Assembly (NCBI GenBank): GCA_001789445.1
Contig: MFZQ01000029.1
Coordinates: forward strand, 1 to 47,942
From: Candidatus Roizmanbacteria bacterium RIFCSPHIGHO2_02_FULL_40_13b
GTDB taxonomy: Bacteria > Patescibacteriota > Microgenomatia > UBA1406 > HO2-37-13b
DNA length: 47,942 nucleotides
Direction: 5' to 3'
Position 1 is the stretch's first letter. Every line of letters begins with the position of its first letter. The notes beneath the pieces are model-generated. The model worked only from the letters and a program-made list of their open reading frames with translations. It ran no database searches and was not told the DNA's origin. A program made the translations under genes and the position numbers. Shown in pieces: positions 1-7,680 of this stretch.

Positions 1-280
1 AGATAAGCGTGGAATCCCGCTTTTTTGTATCAATGTGGGCAACCATCATCGTATCAGTTAGATATGCGCCTTGGTGGCCAGCCCCGCCGTATCCCATGAT
101 GAGAATGTTATACGCCGTTTTTTCAACGTATGGTTTTTTGATGATTCCGCTGCCATTCTTTTTTGTATAGATGTTATTATAAAAGCTTGCAAGCTTTATA
201 GACAGAAAAATAGCAAGCAAAAGAAATAGCCCCAAAAAGAGGAACCCAATTTTTTTTCGATTATATTTTCTCCGAAGCAT
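1..280 (-). CDS. LytR-CpsA-Psr (LCP) family protein, N-terminal fragment (gene runs off the left edge)
   Basis: Open-ended minus-strand ORF from ATG at 280-278, absent from the ORF track. My translation is MLRRKYNRKKIGFLFLGLFLLLAIFLSIKLAS...NILIMGYGGAGHQGAYLTDTMMVAHIDTKKRDSTLI: an N-terminal TM anchor followed by the LCP-type NILxxG...LTDTxMV block. Confidence 0.7.
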   Translation of the reverse strand, partial: MLRRKYNRKKIGFLFLGLFLLLAIFLSIKLASFYNNIYTKKNGSGIIKKPYVEKTAYNILIMGYGGAGHQGAYLTDTMMVAHIDTKKRDSTLI

Positions 281-358
281 TTTTTTATTGTATATAAAAA
301 TATAACGATTTTGTGGGTTTTATTAGAAGGAAGTGATGATATAATTACCTGTAAGTTT

Positions 359-431
359 GCCAAGATAGCCAAGGTGGTCACGGCGCGTGTCTGAAAAACA
401 TGAGATCTCGGTTCGACTCCGAGTCTTGGCA
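359..431 (+). tRNA. tRNA-Phe (anticodon GAA)
   Basis: Hand-folded 73-nt cloverleaf: acceptor GCCAAGA/TCTTGGC, anticodon stem CGTGT/ACATG with loop CTGAAAA, T arm CTCGG-TTCGACT-CCGAG, discriminator A. Confidence 0.9.
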
Positions 432-437
432 CTGTAT

Positions 438-508
438 GCGGGTGTAGTTGAGTGGTACAATGCGTCCTTGCCAAGGATGAGCCGGGGGTCCGATTCCCCT
501 CACCCGCT
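438..508 (+). tRNA. tRNA-Gly (anticodon GCC); genomically encoded CCA at 509-511
   Basis: 71-nt cloverleaf: acceptor GCGGGTG/CACCCGC, anticodon stem CGTCC/GGATG with loop TTGCCAA, T arm GGGGG-TCCGATT-CCCCT. The A of the CCA is also the A of the next ATG (511). Confidence 0.9.
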
Positions 509-510
509 CC

Positions 511-819
511 ATGAAAAATCAGGAGAAAGTTTTCGAGCTACTCACATTAATACCTCGAGGTAAAGTTACCACATACAAAATTCTTGCCCAGAAAGCAGGA
601 ATTAAAAACCCGCGACTTATTGGAGCAATCATCCACAAAAATCCTGATCCACAGAAATATCCATGTCATCGAGTAATTCGATCTGATGGGACTATTGCAG
701 TTGGATATGCGTTTGGGGGAAAAGAAAAGCAGATCGAGCTGTTGAAGAAAGAAGGTATAGTGGTTGAGAACGGGCGAGTGCGCCAGCTTGGAATCGGACC
801 AAGGACCACTACTTTATAA
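511..819 (+). CDS. MGMT/Ogt-family alkyltransferase-like DNA-binding protein (single-domain)
   Basis: 102-aa ORF with the O6-alkylguanine-DNA alkyltransferase active-site motif PCHRVIRSDG and an upstream helix-turn-helix block (GKVTTYKILAQKAG). The last 41 nt overlap the antisense tRNA at 779-850. Confidence 0.8.
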   Translation: MKNQEKVFELLTLIPRGKVTTYKILAQKAGIKNPRLIGAIIHKNPDPQKYPCHRVIRSDGTIAVGYAFGGKEKQIELLKKEGIVVENGRVRQLGIGPRTTTL

Positions 820-850
820 GAGTAGCGCTCTACCACTGAGCTACTGGCGC
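779..850 (-). tRNA. tRNA-Ile with unmodified-type anticodon TAT (UAU)
   Basis: The reverse complement GCGCCAGTAGCTCAGTGGTAGAGCGCTACTCTTATAAAGTAGTGGTCCTTGGTCCGATTCCAAGCTGGCGCA folds as a cloverleaf. Acceptor GCGCCAG/CTGGCGC, D stem GCTC/GAGC, anticodon stem CTACT/AGTAG with loop CTTATAA, T arm CTTGG-TCCGATT-CCAAG. Confidence 0.8.
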
Positions 851-910
851 TTTTTGATGATCTAATTATACAATAATTTCGCTTGATACCTCTCTCTGGT
901 TTTTTCCTCT

Positions 911-960
911 CCTCATCTCCTCCGCCCCGCCCAATCTCCCTATCTTCTCCTCCTCTCCTC
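911..960. repeat. 50-nt CT-rich dispersed element, copy A (intergenic)
   Basis: CCTCATCTCCTCCGCCCCGCCCAATCTCCCTATCTTCTCCTCCTCTCCTC matches 20716-20765 at 44 of 50 positions in my hand alignment. Confidence 0.7.
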
Positions 961-983
961 TTACTTTATGCTAAAATAGAGGT

Positions 984-1499
984 ATGTTTGGAAATAAAAA
1001 ACTAGAAACGTGGTTTGCGACGCTTCCTGCGGATGTTCGTAAGAACCTTGAAGGTTCTGATCCATCCGAGTGGAATGATATCCTTTCGTCAATCGTTACA
1101 AAAGAGTTAAAATCGCATCAAAGGACTCCCGCCAAAAAAAGTGGAGATAATCTCATTGATAAAGCAATTGATATTGTGAAAAATCTCAGCGTTGCGTCGC
1201 CGGCGATTCTGGAACGAGAGCTGAAAATCGATAATGAAAAAGCAGTGAAAATAATTTCCGAGCTTGAGCAAAAAGGGGTTGTAGGACATGGAGAAACTCA
1301 ATCAATGCGCACAGTATACAATCCCAATACTGAAAAAGAAATTGATGATACGGTAGTTTCGGACGTTGTGGCGCACTTGATGGAATTTCAAACGGTTTCT
1401 GACGAGGTTCTGCAGAATAAATTTGGATTGGATGAGCAAACTGCGCTCATTGTGCTTGATGCACTTGAAGAGAGCGGACTTATTTCTCTCAATGCATAA
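984..1499 (+). CDS. protein with two FtsK-gamma-like winged-helix modules
   Basis: 171 aa. DNLIDKAIDIVKNLSVASPAILERELKIDNEKAVKIISELEQKGVVG resembles the FtsK gamma consensus (AxxxV..xxxASxSxLQRxLxIGYxRAARxxDxLExxGxVG). A second weaker copy lies near the C-terminus (VLQNKFGLDEQTALIVLDALEESGLIS). Confidence 0.55.
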   Translation: MFGNKKLETWFATLPADVRKNLEGSDPSEWNDILSSIVTKELKSHQRTPAKKSGDNLIDKAIDIVKNLSVASPAILERELKIDNEKAVKIISELEQKGVVGHGETQSMRTVYNPNTEKEIDDTVVSDVVAHLMEFQTVSDEVLQNKFGLDEQTALIVLDALEESGLISLNA

Positions 1500-2265
1500 G
1501 TATAAGAGTTGCTCCGAGTACGATCCGATAGATTCCAAAAATCGTCAAAGTGTTTCTCTGTAAGTAGCTGATAAACCATTTGATGACGATGTAAGCGGTG
1601 AGGAATGAGACAGTGAAGCCGATGAGGAGAGCGAGCGCATTGGAGGAATTAGTGAGCAAACTCATATCTGTTTTCAATAGATCAAGTGCACTGGCGGCAA
1701 AAAGCGTGGGAACAGCAAGGAGAAATGAGTAGACAGCTGCTTCCTCCCGTTTATACCCACGAACCATCATTCCCACCATAACCGCCCCAGCTCGGGAAAC
1801 TCCGGGAACGATAGCAAGCGCTTGGAAAAGTCCAAAAATGAGCGCTTCTTGTAGCGAAATATCTTCTACATGCTTAGTAAGGGAAAACTTCTTCATACGC
1901 ACTAAATGTTCAATTATGATAAACAGTATTCCGACAACAATAAGAGAGGAGTAAATGAGAACTGGTGAAGTGAAAAAACTTGTCTTTATCGTATCGTGAA
2001 GAATTAGACCAACTAAAGCTGTTGGAATGAATGATAAAAGGATACTCCTTACGTACTTTTGATGTGCCAAAATATATCGAAAATATAATAAAACGACGGC
2101 GAGAATTGCGCCGCTTTGAATGAAAACCTCAAAAAAGGTCGTAAACCCACTTTGGGTCAGACCGAGAAACTTACTCGTTATGATGAGATGGGCGGTTGAG
2201 GAGATGGGTAGAAACTCGGTGAGGCCCTCCACAATTCCTAAGATGAGTGCATGAATGATGGACAT
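1489..2265 (-). CDS. uppP: undecaprenyl-diphosphate phosphatase (UppP/BacA)
   Basis: 258 aa, polytopic. It has the N-terminal signature ILGIVEGLTEFLPISSTAHL and the later PGVSRAGA motif typical of BacA/UppP. Confidence 0.9.
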   Translation of the reverse strand: MSIIHALILGIVEGLTEFLPISSTAHLIITSKFLGLTQSGFTTFFEVFIQSGAILAVVLLYFRYILAHQKYVRSILLSFIPTALVGLILHDTIKTSFFTSPVLIYSSLIVVGILFIIIEHLVRMKKFSLTKHVEDISLQEALIFGLFQALAIVPGVSRAGAVMVGMMVRGYKREEAAVYSFLLAVPTLFAASALDLLKTDMSLLTNSSNALALLIGFTVSFLTAYIVIKWFISYLQRNTLTIFGIYRIVLGATLILMH

Positions 2266-2280
2266 GATAGAATTATAGTG

Positions 2281-2304
2281 GATTCCCGCCTTCGCGGGAA
2301 TGAC
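2281..2304. repeat. GC-rich hairpin mini-element (GATTCCCGC-CTTC-GCGGGAATGAC)
   Basis: 8-bp stem ATTCCCGC/GCGGGAAT with loop CTTC. The 26 nt GATTCCCGCCTTCGCGGGAATGACAA (2281-2306) are identical to 41704-41729. It differs by one loop base from the reverse complement of 24195-24218. Confidence 0.8.
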
Positions 2305-2309
2305 AAATT

Positions 2310-3431
2310 ATGAAAATAGCCTTAGTCCATGATCAGTTGCAGGAATTCGGTGGTGCAGAACGGGTACTTGTGTCTCTGAAAAAGATTTTTCCAGAGGCGG
2401 ATGTGTATACCTCATTTTACAACCCAGAAAAACTGGGGAAGCATGCCGAACTCTTTAAAGATTGGAAGGTCATCACATCCTGGGCCGACAAAGTATATCC
2501 ATTCAAGCGATTTTTTTCGCCGTTTCGATTTATCACTCCCCTTTTGTGGAAATTTTTCAATTTCTCGAACTATGACTTGGTTATTTCCTCATCTGGTGCT
2601 TACATGTCAAAAGGCGTAAAAACGAGCGGAAAAACAGTGCATTTTTGTTATCTTCATCACCAGCCGAAATATCTCTACGGCTACGAAACACCCTCTAACT
2701 GGCAAAAACATTTGATTATCCGCATTTACGGAAACTTTATAAATCATTTTTTGCGTATGTATGATTTCAAAACATCGCAAACAGTAGATCACTTTATCGT
2801 CAACTCGCAGGAAATGCAAAGGCGATGTGAGAAGTTTTATAAGAGAGAGTCGACGGTTATCTACCCACCAGTCGCAATTCCTCAGGTTCTAGAGGACTCG
2901 AGAGTTAAGGCACTGGAGGGCTCGAGATATTATTTGACAATATCTAGATTAAGTGGGCCTAAGCATATTGATTTATTGGTAAAAGCTGCAAATAAAAAAA
3001 AGTTTTTGCTTAAAATTGGGGGAGTTGGGAGAGACGAAAATTATTTGCGGTCAATTGCAGGGGAAACAATAGAATTCCTTGGCTCAGTTGATGATCGTGA
3101 ATTTGAGAAGTTATTTGCAGGTGCCAAAGCATTTCTGCATGCTGCGGTTGATGACGAATTTGGGATTGCCCCCGTTGAGGCAATGGGATGGGGAGTCCCA
3201 GTGATCGCGCTCGCGTCTGGCGGACTGAAGGAGACAGTAAAAGAGGGAAAGAATGGATTTTTGTTTAATGAACTGCGCGAAGACTCACTTATCGGGGCAA
3301 TCGAAAAGCTCGAGAAGCTCACTGACGCTCAATATCTAGAAATGCGAAAAACAGCTCGAAACGAGGCGGAGAAATATAGTGAAGATGTTTTTAAAGAGAA
3401 AATTTTAGCTTTTGTAAAAACTTATTCTTGA
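2310..3431 (+). CDS. GT4-family (GT-B fold) glycosyltransferase
   Basis: 373 aa. The C-terminal block EFGIAPVEAMGWGVPVIALASGGLKETVKEGKNGFLF is the classic GT4 E-x7-E region. Confidence 0.85.
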   Translation: MKIALVHDQLQEFGGAERVLVSLKKIFPEADVYTSFYNPEKLGKHAELFKDWKVITSWADKVYPFKRFFSPFRFITPLLWKFFNFSNYDLVISSSGAYMSKGVKTSGKTVHFCYLHHQPKYLYGYETPSNWQKHLIIRIYGNFINHFLRMYDFKTSQTVDHFIVNSQEMQRRCEKFYKRESTVIYPPVAIPQVLEDSRVKALEGSRYYLTISRLSGPKHIDLLVKAANKKKFLLKIGGVGRDENYLRSIAGETIEFLGSVDDREFEKLFAGAKAFLHAAVDDEFGIAPVEAMGWGVPVIALASGGLKETVKEGKNGFLFNELREDSLIGAIEKLEKLTDAQYLEMRKTARNEAEKYSEDVFKEKILAFVKTYS

Positions 3432-3475
3432 AGTTCCTATTGACATTCTCAGGTGTAATTGTTTTAATAAATCAA

Positions 3476-4729
3476 ATGGATAGTAAAAAATCGCTACCTT
3501 CAATTTCAACGTTATTTCGGGATTCGTGGCAGATGTTTACGAAATCAATACTTTCTATTTTCCTCTTAAACATTCTCTCAATTTTGCTCTATCTAGCTGT
3601 TGGCGCAATATGTGTATTACTATTCGTTATTTCGGGCGCAGGAGCTACTTTATTTAAGACTGGAGCTTCAGGATTGCTCTCGTCGATTACTCCATCAGTA
3701 TTTTTTGGGTTTGGCGCAGTATTTGTACTGTTTTTTCTTGTAATGCTTGTTATTGGATCAGCGGTCAGTTCTGCCGCAATCCTGCTTTTTGACAGTGAAG
3801 GTAAACTATCGGTACTTGAAGCCTTTAGGAAAGGAATAACACTTATCATCCCACTTACTGCGGTCGGATTAATACACTTATTTCTAGGTATGGGAGGATT
3901 TTTTGTATTTGTTTTCCCCGGTATTATTATTTCATATTTACTTGCATTTTCCTCATTTGAAGTAATCCTTAATGGAAAACGTCCAATGGAGGCAATTAAA
4001 CGATCGGTTTCGATTGTTAGTCATAATTTTGGTGATATTTTTGTACGATGGTTTGTACTAATTCTTGTGTATTTCGGGATTGCGTTTGTACTACCTGGCT
4101 TGCTGGGGGCAATTAGCAAAGAACTCAAAATATATGTGACAGGTTTATCCTTTATTGTTAATATGTTTCTCGGTTGGTATATTCTTGCATTTAACGTAAC
4201 ACTCTATAAGCAATTCAAAGATTTGGCTCATTCAAAGGATGTAAAAAGCATTACTTGGATGTGGATTGTGGCGATTATAGGATGGATTATTGCGCTTCTC
4301 GTTTTTTTTGCAGGATGGAAGCTGATTACTTCACCTGCTTTCTTGGATGCATTTACGAAGAACGTAAAAACAAATAGTGCGCCCTATGCTTTTCCCACAA
4401 CCTCGCATACCCAAGTTCCTCTTCCAACAGCAGGGAGTTATCAGCCGGCGAGTTCAAACTGCACACAATATCCCATTCGAGAGGGAGAATTTACGAGTGA
4501 TAAGTGTTATAGCGCCAAAGATTACAGTGATTTACTCTATTATTTACAACGATATGATAGTGCTGCGTCCGTATACAATGGTGCTATTGCGTCAATGAAT
4601 ATTACCTGTAATGGAAGTGAATTCTTTAAAGATGCATGTGCGCGTGATACAACCGACAAAACAAATGCTGAAAATGATATTAATAACTACAAGGGAATAA
4701 TAACTGCAATTATTTCTCGAGGGAAGTAA
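3476..4729 (+). CDS. polytopic membrane protein with a Cys-containing extracytoplasmic C-terminal domain, function unknown
   Basis: The ORF-track start at 3428 is a TTG. ATG at 3476 is preceded by TTGACA (3440-3445), 17 nt, TTTAAT, then 7 nt. Multiple hydrophobic segments are followed by a soluble tail with 4 Cys. Confidence 0.6.
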   Translation: MDSKKSLPSISTLFRDSWQMFTKSILSIFLLNILSILLYLAVGAICVLLFVISGAGATLFKTGASGLLSSITPSVFFGFGAVFVLFFLVMLVIGSAVSSAAILLFDSEGKLSVLEAFRKGITLIIPLTAVGLIHLFLGMGGFFVFVFPGIIISYLLAFSSFEVILNGKRPMEAIKRSVSIVSHNFGDIFVRWFVLILVYFGIAFVLPGLLGAISKELKIYVTGLSFIVNMFLGWYILAFNVTLYKQFKDLAHSKDVKSITWMWIVAIIGWIIALLVFFAGWKLITSPAFLDAFTKNVKTNSAPYAFPTTSHTQVPLPTAGSYQPASSNCTQYPIREGEFTSDKCYSAKDYSDLLYYLQRYDSAASVYNGAIASMNITCNGSEFFKDACARDTTDKTNAENDINNYKGIITAIISRGK

Positions 4730-4809
4730 TACAGTTTAGACCCTTTTGTATCCTTTCTTTCTACATAATCTCACTTGAAATGACTATAACAATCTTTGTA
4801 CCCTTAATT

Positions 4810-4898
4810 AGTAGTTAGTAGGGAGTAGAAAGTAGTTAGGGGGTAAAACAGATAAGTTTGTATTCCTAGCTACTTCCTACTTTCTACTTTCTACTATT
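4810..4898. repeat. inverted pair of heptamer arrays: (AGTAGNN)x4 at 4810-4841 and (CTACTNN)x4 at 4865-4898
   Basis: Left arm AGTAGTT AGTAGGG AGTAGAA AGTAGTT AGGG. Right arm CCTAGCTACTTCCTACTTTCTACTTTCTACTATT is its imperfect reverse complement. It lies just upstream of the SD (AAGGGGGTG) of the 4918 gene. Confidence 0.7.
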
Positions 4899-4917
4899 CG
4901 AAAGGGGGTGATAATAA

Positions 4918-5259
4918 ATGAATACAAAACAAGTAGCTCTTTCTATTTTTTCAGGAGTAATGATGTTCAGTCCACTATTGGGCTCGGTTCACGCGTCAAC
5001 AGTAAATTGCAGTAGCAATACAACCACCGTTGTTTCATCATCGAGCACAAATGTGTTATTTGCGTCCCAAACAGTTATTTCTGGCAATAGCACTGGTGGA
5101 AATGGAACGTGGGGAAATATTGGTGGCGGCAGTATACGAACAGGCAGGGCTTGGTCAGTTTCAAACCAAAGTATCCGTGCAAACAACAATGACACCTTTA
5201 TCGGAGTAACCGGAGGTGGAACAAGAAACAATTGTGTCGTAGTAAATACGGGTAACTAA
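4918..5259 (+). CDS. small secreted Asn/Ser/Gly/Thr-rich protein, unknown function
   Basis: 113 aa. Signal-peptide-like N-terminus (ALSIFSGVMMFSPLLGSVHA/ST), a good SD GGGGGTG 7 nt upstream, and a hairpin terminator downstream. Confidence 0.6.
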   Translation: MNTKQVALSIFSGVMMFSPLLGSVHASTVNCSSNTTTVVSSSSTNVLFASQTVISGNSTGGNGTWGNIGGGSIRTGRAWSVSNQSIRANNNDTFIGVTGGGTRNNCVVVNTGN

Positions 5260-5281
5260 CAGTATTTTTACGTACTTATAT

Positions 5282-5310
5282 GGGGAGGCATACGTCTCCC
5301 CTTTTCTTTT
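5282..5310 (+). terminator. rho-independent terminator of the 4918 gene
   Basis: GGGGAGGC-ATAC-GTCTCCCC stem-loop (8 bp including one G-U pair) followed by TTTTCTTTT. Confidence 0.65.
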
Positions 5311-5785
5311 ACTGCGAAATACATTCACATACTGCGCCTTGGCACGCTTTCACCGTTCCTGCAGGACATGGAGAATCTTTGGTTTGTTCCATGTTGTAGT
5401 CAAGTTCTACACAATATCCATTTTGACACGGTCGGCCAGAACAATCACCATTTGATGTACAAGCACGTGAAGTTCTCCCTATACATTGGCACAAGCTACC
5501 CTCACATACGCGCACCCATCCGTCGGCGCAGGCGATCGTGGGCTCAACAGAGGGAAAGGGGACTGGTGTGGAAGTAGTCTCGGGTTCTCGAGGACTTGTT
5601 GGTTCAAGAGTTCGCGAGCTTGTGGGTTGTGGTTCAGTTGTTGGGCGAGTTTTATTCGAATTAACTGCGAGTGCAAAACTGATTCCCAAAATTGCCATGA
5701 GTATGAAAAAAAATACAACTATTATCTTTTTCATGAGCGAAGGGGCTTCAGAATTCTCTACAGTCGGTAATGGAGTGTAATTCAT
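5309..5785 (-). CDS. membrane-anchored/secreted Pro/Thr-linker protein with a 12-Cys C-terminal domain
   Basis: 158 aa. Hydrophobic segment IIVVFFFILMAILGISFALA, then a P/T/S/E-rich linker, then a Cys-rich module. The module contains an internal repeat: CADGWVRVCEGSLCQCI and CPAGTVKACQGAVCECI. TACAAT lies 6 nt upstream of the ATG. Confidence 0.65.
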   Translation of the reverse strand: MNYTPLPTVENSEAPSLMKKIIVVFFFILMAILGISFALAVNSNKTRPTTEPQPTSSRTLEPTSPREPETTSTPVPFPSVEPTIACADGWVRVCEGSLCQCIGRTSRACTSNGDCSGRPCQNGYCVELDYNMEQTKDSPCPAGTVKACQGAVCECISQ

Positions 5786-5806
5786 ACTTTTATTGTAGCA
5801 GAAAAA

Positions 5807-7015
5807 TTATTCGTATCGAATAGCATCAATCGGTGATAAATTTGCGGCTTTGCGGGCAGGAAATACTCCAAAAATTATACCAATAAGTGAAGAAACGCCG
5901 AATGCGATGAGGACTGAAGTGAGATCAATGTAGGCAGGGAAGACTTTTTGAATGAGAAGAACAATTAAGAATGAAAGTGCCACTCCACTTGCCCCCCCAA
6001 CAAGCGACAAAAGTACCGATTCTGCCAAAAACTGTGCCAAAATATCTCTGCTTGTTGCACCAATTGCCCGGCGGATTCCAATCTCCCGGGTGCGCTCAAC
6101 AACAGAAACGTACATAATATTCATAATTCCAATTCCACCGACGATGAGGGAGATTGCACCTATGAGAACCAAAATGCTGTTTAAAACGGAAAAAATGGAA
6201 CTGACGGCATTCAAAATTTCCGTTTGCTCAATGACCGAAAAGTCGTCCTCGCCATAACGAGAAAGTAACGAATCACTGATCCGCGCTTTTGCCACATTCA
6301 CTGCTTTTTCATTCGCAACTTTTATATATATCCCAATAAAATTCTTGTCAGGATTGAAACTGTACGCTGATTTATATGGAACGTACGTAAAACTATCAAA
6401 ATCTGGTCCACCAAATCCTCCGCCTCCTTTTGAATCCAAAATTCCAATTACTCGAAACGCCTGGCCTTCAATTTGCACCGTTCGTCCCAGAGCCGTACCC
6501 ACCGAGCCGAAAATTTTCTGTGCAATTTTCGGACCAATTACTGCAACCTTGGTTCTTTTTTCAACATCAGTTTTTTTGAAAAGCCGACCTTTATCGATCG
6601 TTAGGTTTCGAATGGCAAACATATCGGCAGTTGTTGCGAATAAATCAGAAACCTCTGTTTTTTTTCCAGCTGAAAGACTTACTGATTTTGAAAAAATAGG
6701 GACAACATACGTTACCTGGGAAACTTTTTTGAGGCGTGCAACATCGCGTTCATCAAATTTAACGCCTCCCAGCGCACTTGACCCACCTCGAAAATTCCCT
6801 CCCGATAAAATTTTTCCCGGAAGAACGATTACTAAATTTGTTCCCAGACTTTCAAATTGATTTTTTATGTATTGTTTCAATCCGAGTCCGAATGAAATGA
6901 GGAGGACGACGGAGGCCACTCCAATGAGAATTCCCAAAGAAGTTAAAAAAGTGCGAATTTTATTTCGTCTGAAATCTTCAAACGCTGTTTTTAGAATGAA
7001 TGTTAAATATTTCAT
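5807..7015 (-). CDS. ABC transporter permease, MacB/FtsX family (YknZ-like)
   Basis: 402 aa. N-terminal TM, a large extracytoplasmic domain, and a C-terminal FtsX-type 3-TM bundle (GIMNIMYVSVVERTREIGIRRAIGA). Confidence 0.9.
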   Translation of the reverse strand: MKYLTFILKTAFEDFRRNKIRTFLTSLGILIGVASVVLLISFGLGLKQYIKNQFESLGTNLVIVLPGKILSGGNFRGGSSALGGVKFDERDVARLKKVSQVTYVVPIFSKSVSLSAGKKTEVSDLFATTADMFAIRNLTIDKGRLFKKTDVEKRTKVAVIGPKIAQKIFGSVGTALGRTVQIEGQAFRVIGILDSKGGGGFGGPDFDSFTYVPYKSAYSFNPDKNFIGIYIKVANEKAVNVAKARISDSLLSRYGEDDFSVIEQTEILNAVSSIFSVLNSILVLIGAISLIVGGIGIMNIMYVSVVERTREIGIRRAIGATSRDILAQFLAESVLLSLVGGASGVALSFLIVLLIQKVFPAYIDLTSVLIAFGVSSLIGIIFGVFPARKAANLSPIDAIRYE

Positions 7016-7680
7016 TGTGCTATTTCCCCATCCACAACTTTTATTTTTCGATTGGCGCGTCGTGCTACATCGGCTTCATGTGTCACCACAATAATCGTAA
7101 TTTTATCTTTTTTATTCAACTCCTCCAAAAGCTTCAAAATCGTATCCCCCGTTTTTGAATCTAAATTTCCGGTTGGCTCGTCGGCGAGGATTAGCTCCGG
7201 TTTCATAATGAGCGCACGTGCGATTGCTACACGCTGTTGTTGACCCCCTGAAATTTTATTGGGAAATGTGTCAGCTTTTTCACCAATGCCAAATCGGGTG
7301 AGAAGTTCCATCGCGCGCTCTCGCGGTTCAAAATCGAGTATTTTTCGAGTATAAATTGTTGGCAGCATCACATTCTCAATTATTGAAAGCTTATTAATGA
7401 GATTAAATTGCTGAAACACAAATCCCACAAATTCATTACGCATCATCGAAATATCATCGTCTGAAAGAGTAGAAACATCAACATTATTAATCAGTACTGC
7501 TCCGTCAGACGGTTTGTCTAATAGACCGATTATATGCATGAGCGTGGATTTTCCCGATCCAGAAGGTCCTGCGATGGCAACAAATTCACCGCGTTTTATG
7601 GTGAATGTTACGTTTTTCAAAACGGTCAGTTCCTCGCCTTCCAGCTCATACGTTTTAGATACCTTACTGAGTGAAATCAT
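7012..7680 (-). CDS. ABC transporter ATP-binding protein (MacB/LolD/YknY-like)
   Basis: Walker A GPSGSGKST, signature ISGGQQQRVAIARAL, Walker B ILADEPTGNLD, H-loop VTHE. Confidence 0.95.
   Translation of the reverse strand: MISLSKVSKTYELEGEELTVLKNVTFTIKRGEFVAIAGPSGSGKSTLMHIIGLLDKPSDGAVLINNVDVSTLSDDDISMMRNEFVGFVFQQFNLINKLSIIENVMLPTIYTRKILDFEPRERAMELLTRFGIGEKADTFPNKISGGQQQRVAIARALIMKPELILADEPTGNLDSKTGDTILKLLEELNKKDKITIIVVTHEADVARRANRKIKVVDGEIAQ

Noticed and set aside
196-474. 92-aa minus-strand ORF from the ORF track
   Set aside because: It runs antisense through tRNA-Phe and tRNA-Gly, and its 3' part overlaps the better-supported LCP ORF in another frame. It is a low-complexity, tRNA-derived translation and not a gene.
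1107-1579. Three minus-strand ORFs (1107-1301, 1302-1538, 1388-1579)
   Set aside because: They are antisense or overlapping relative to the FtsK-gamma-like gene and the uppP 3' end. They have no motifs and low-complexity composition.
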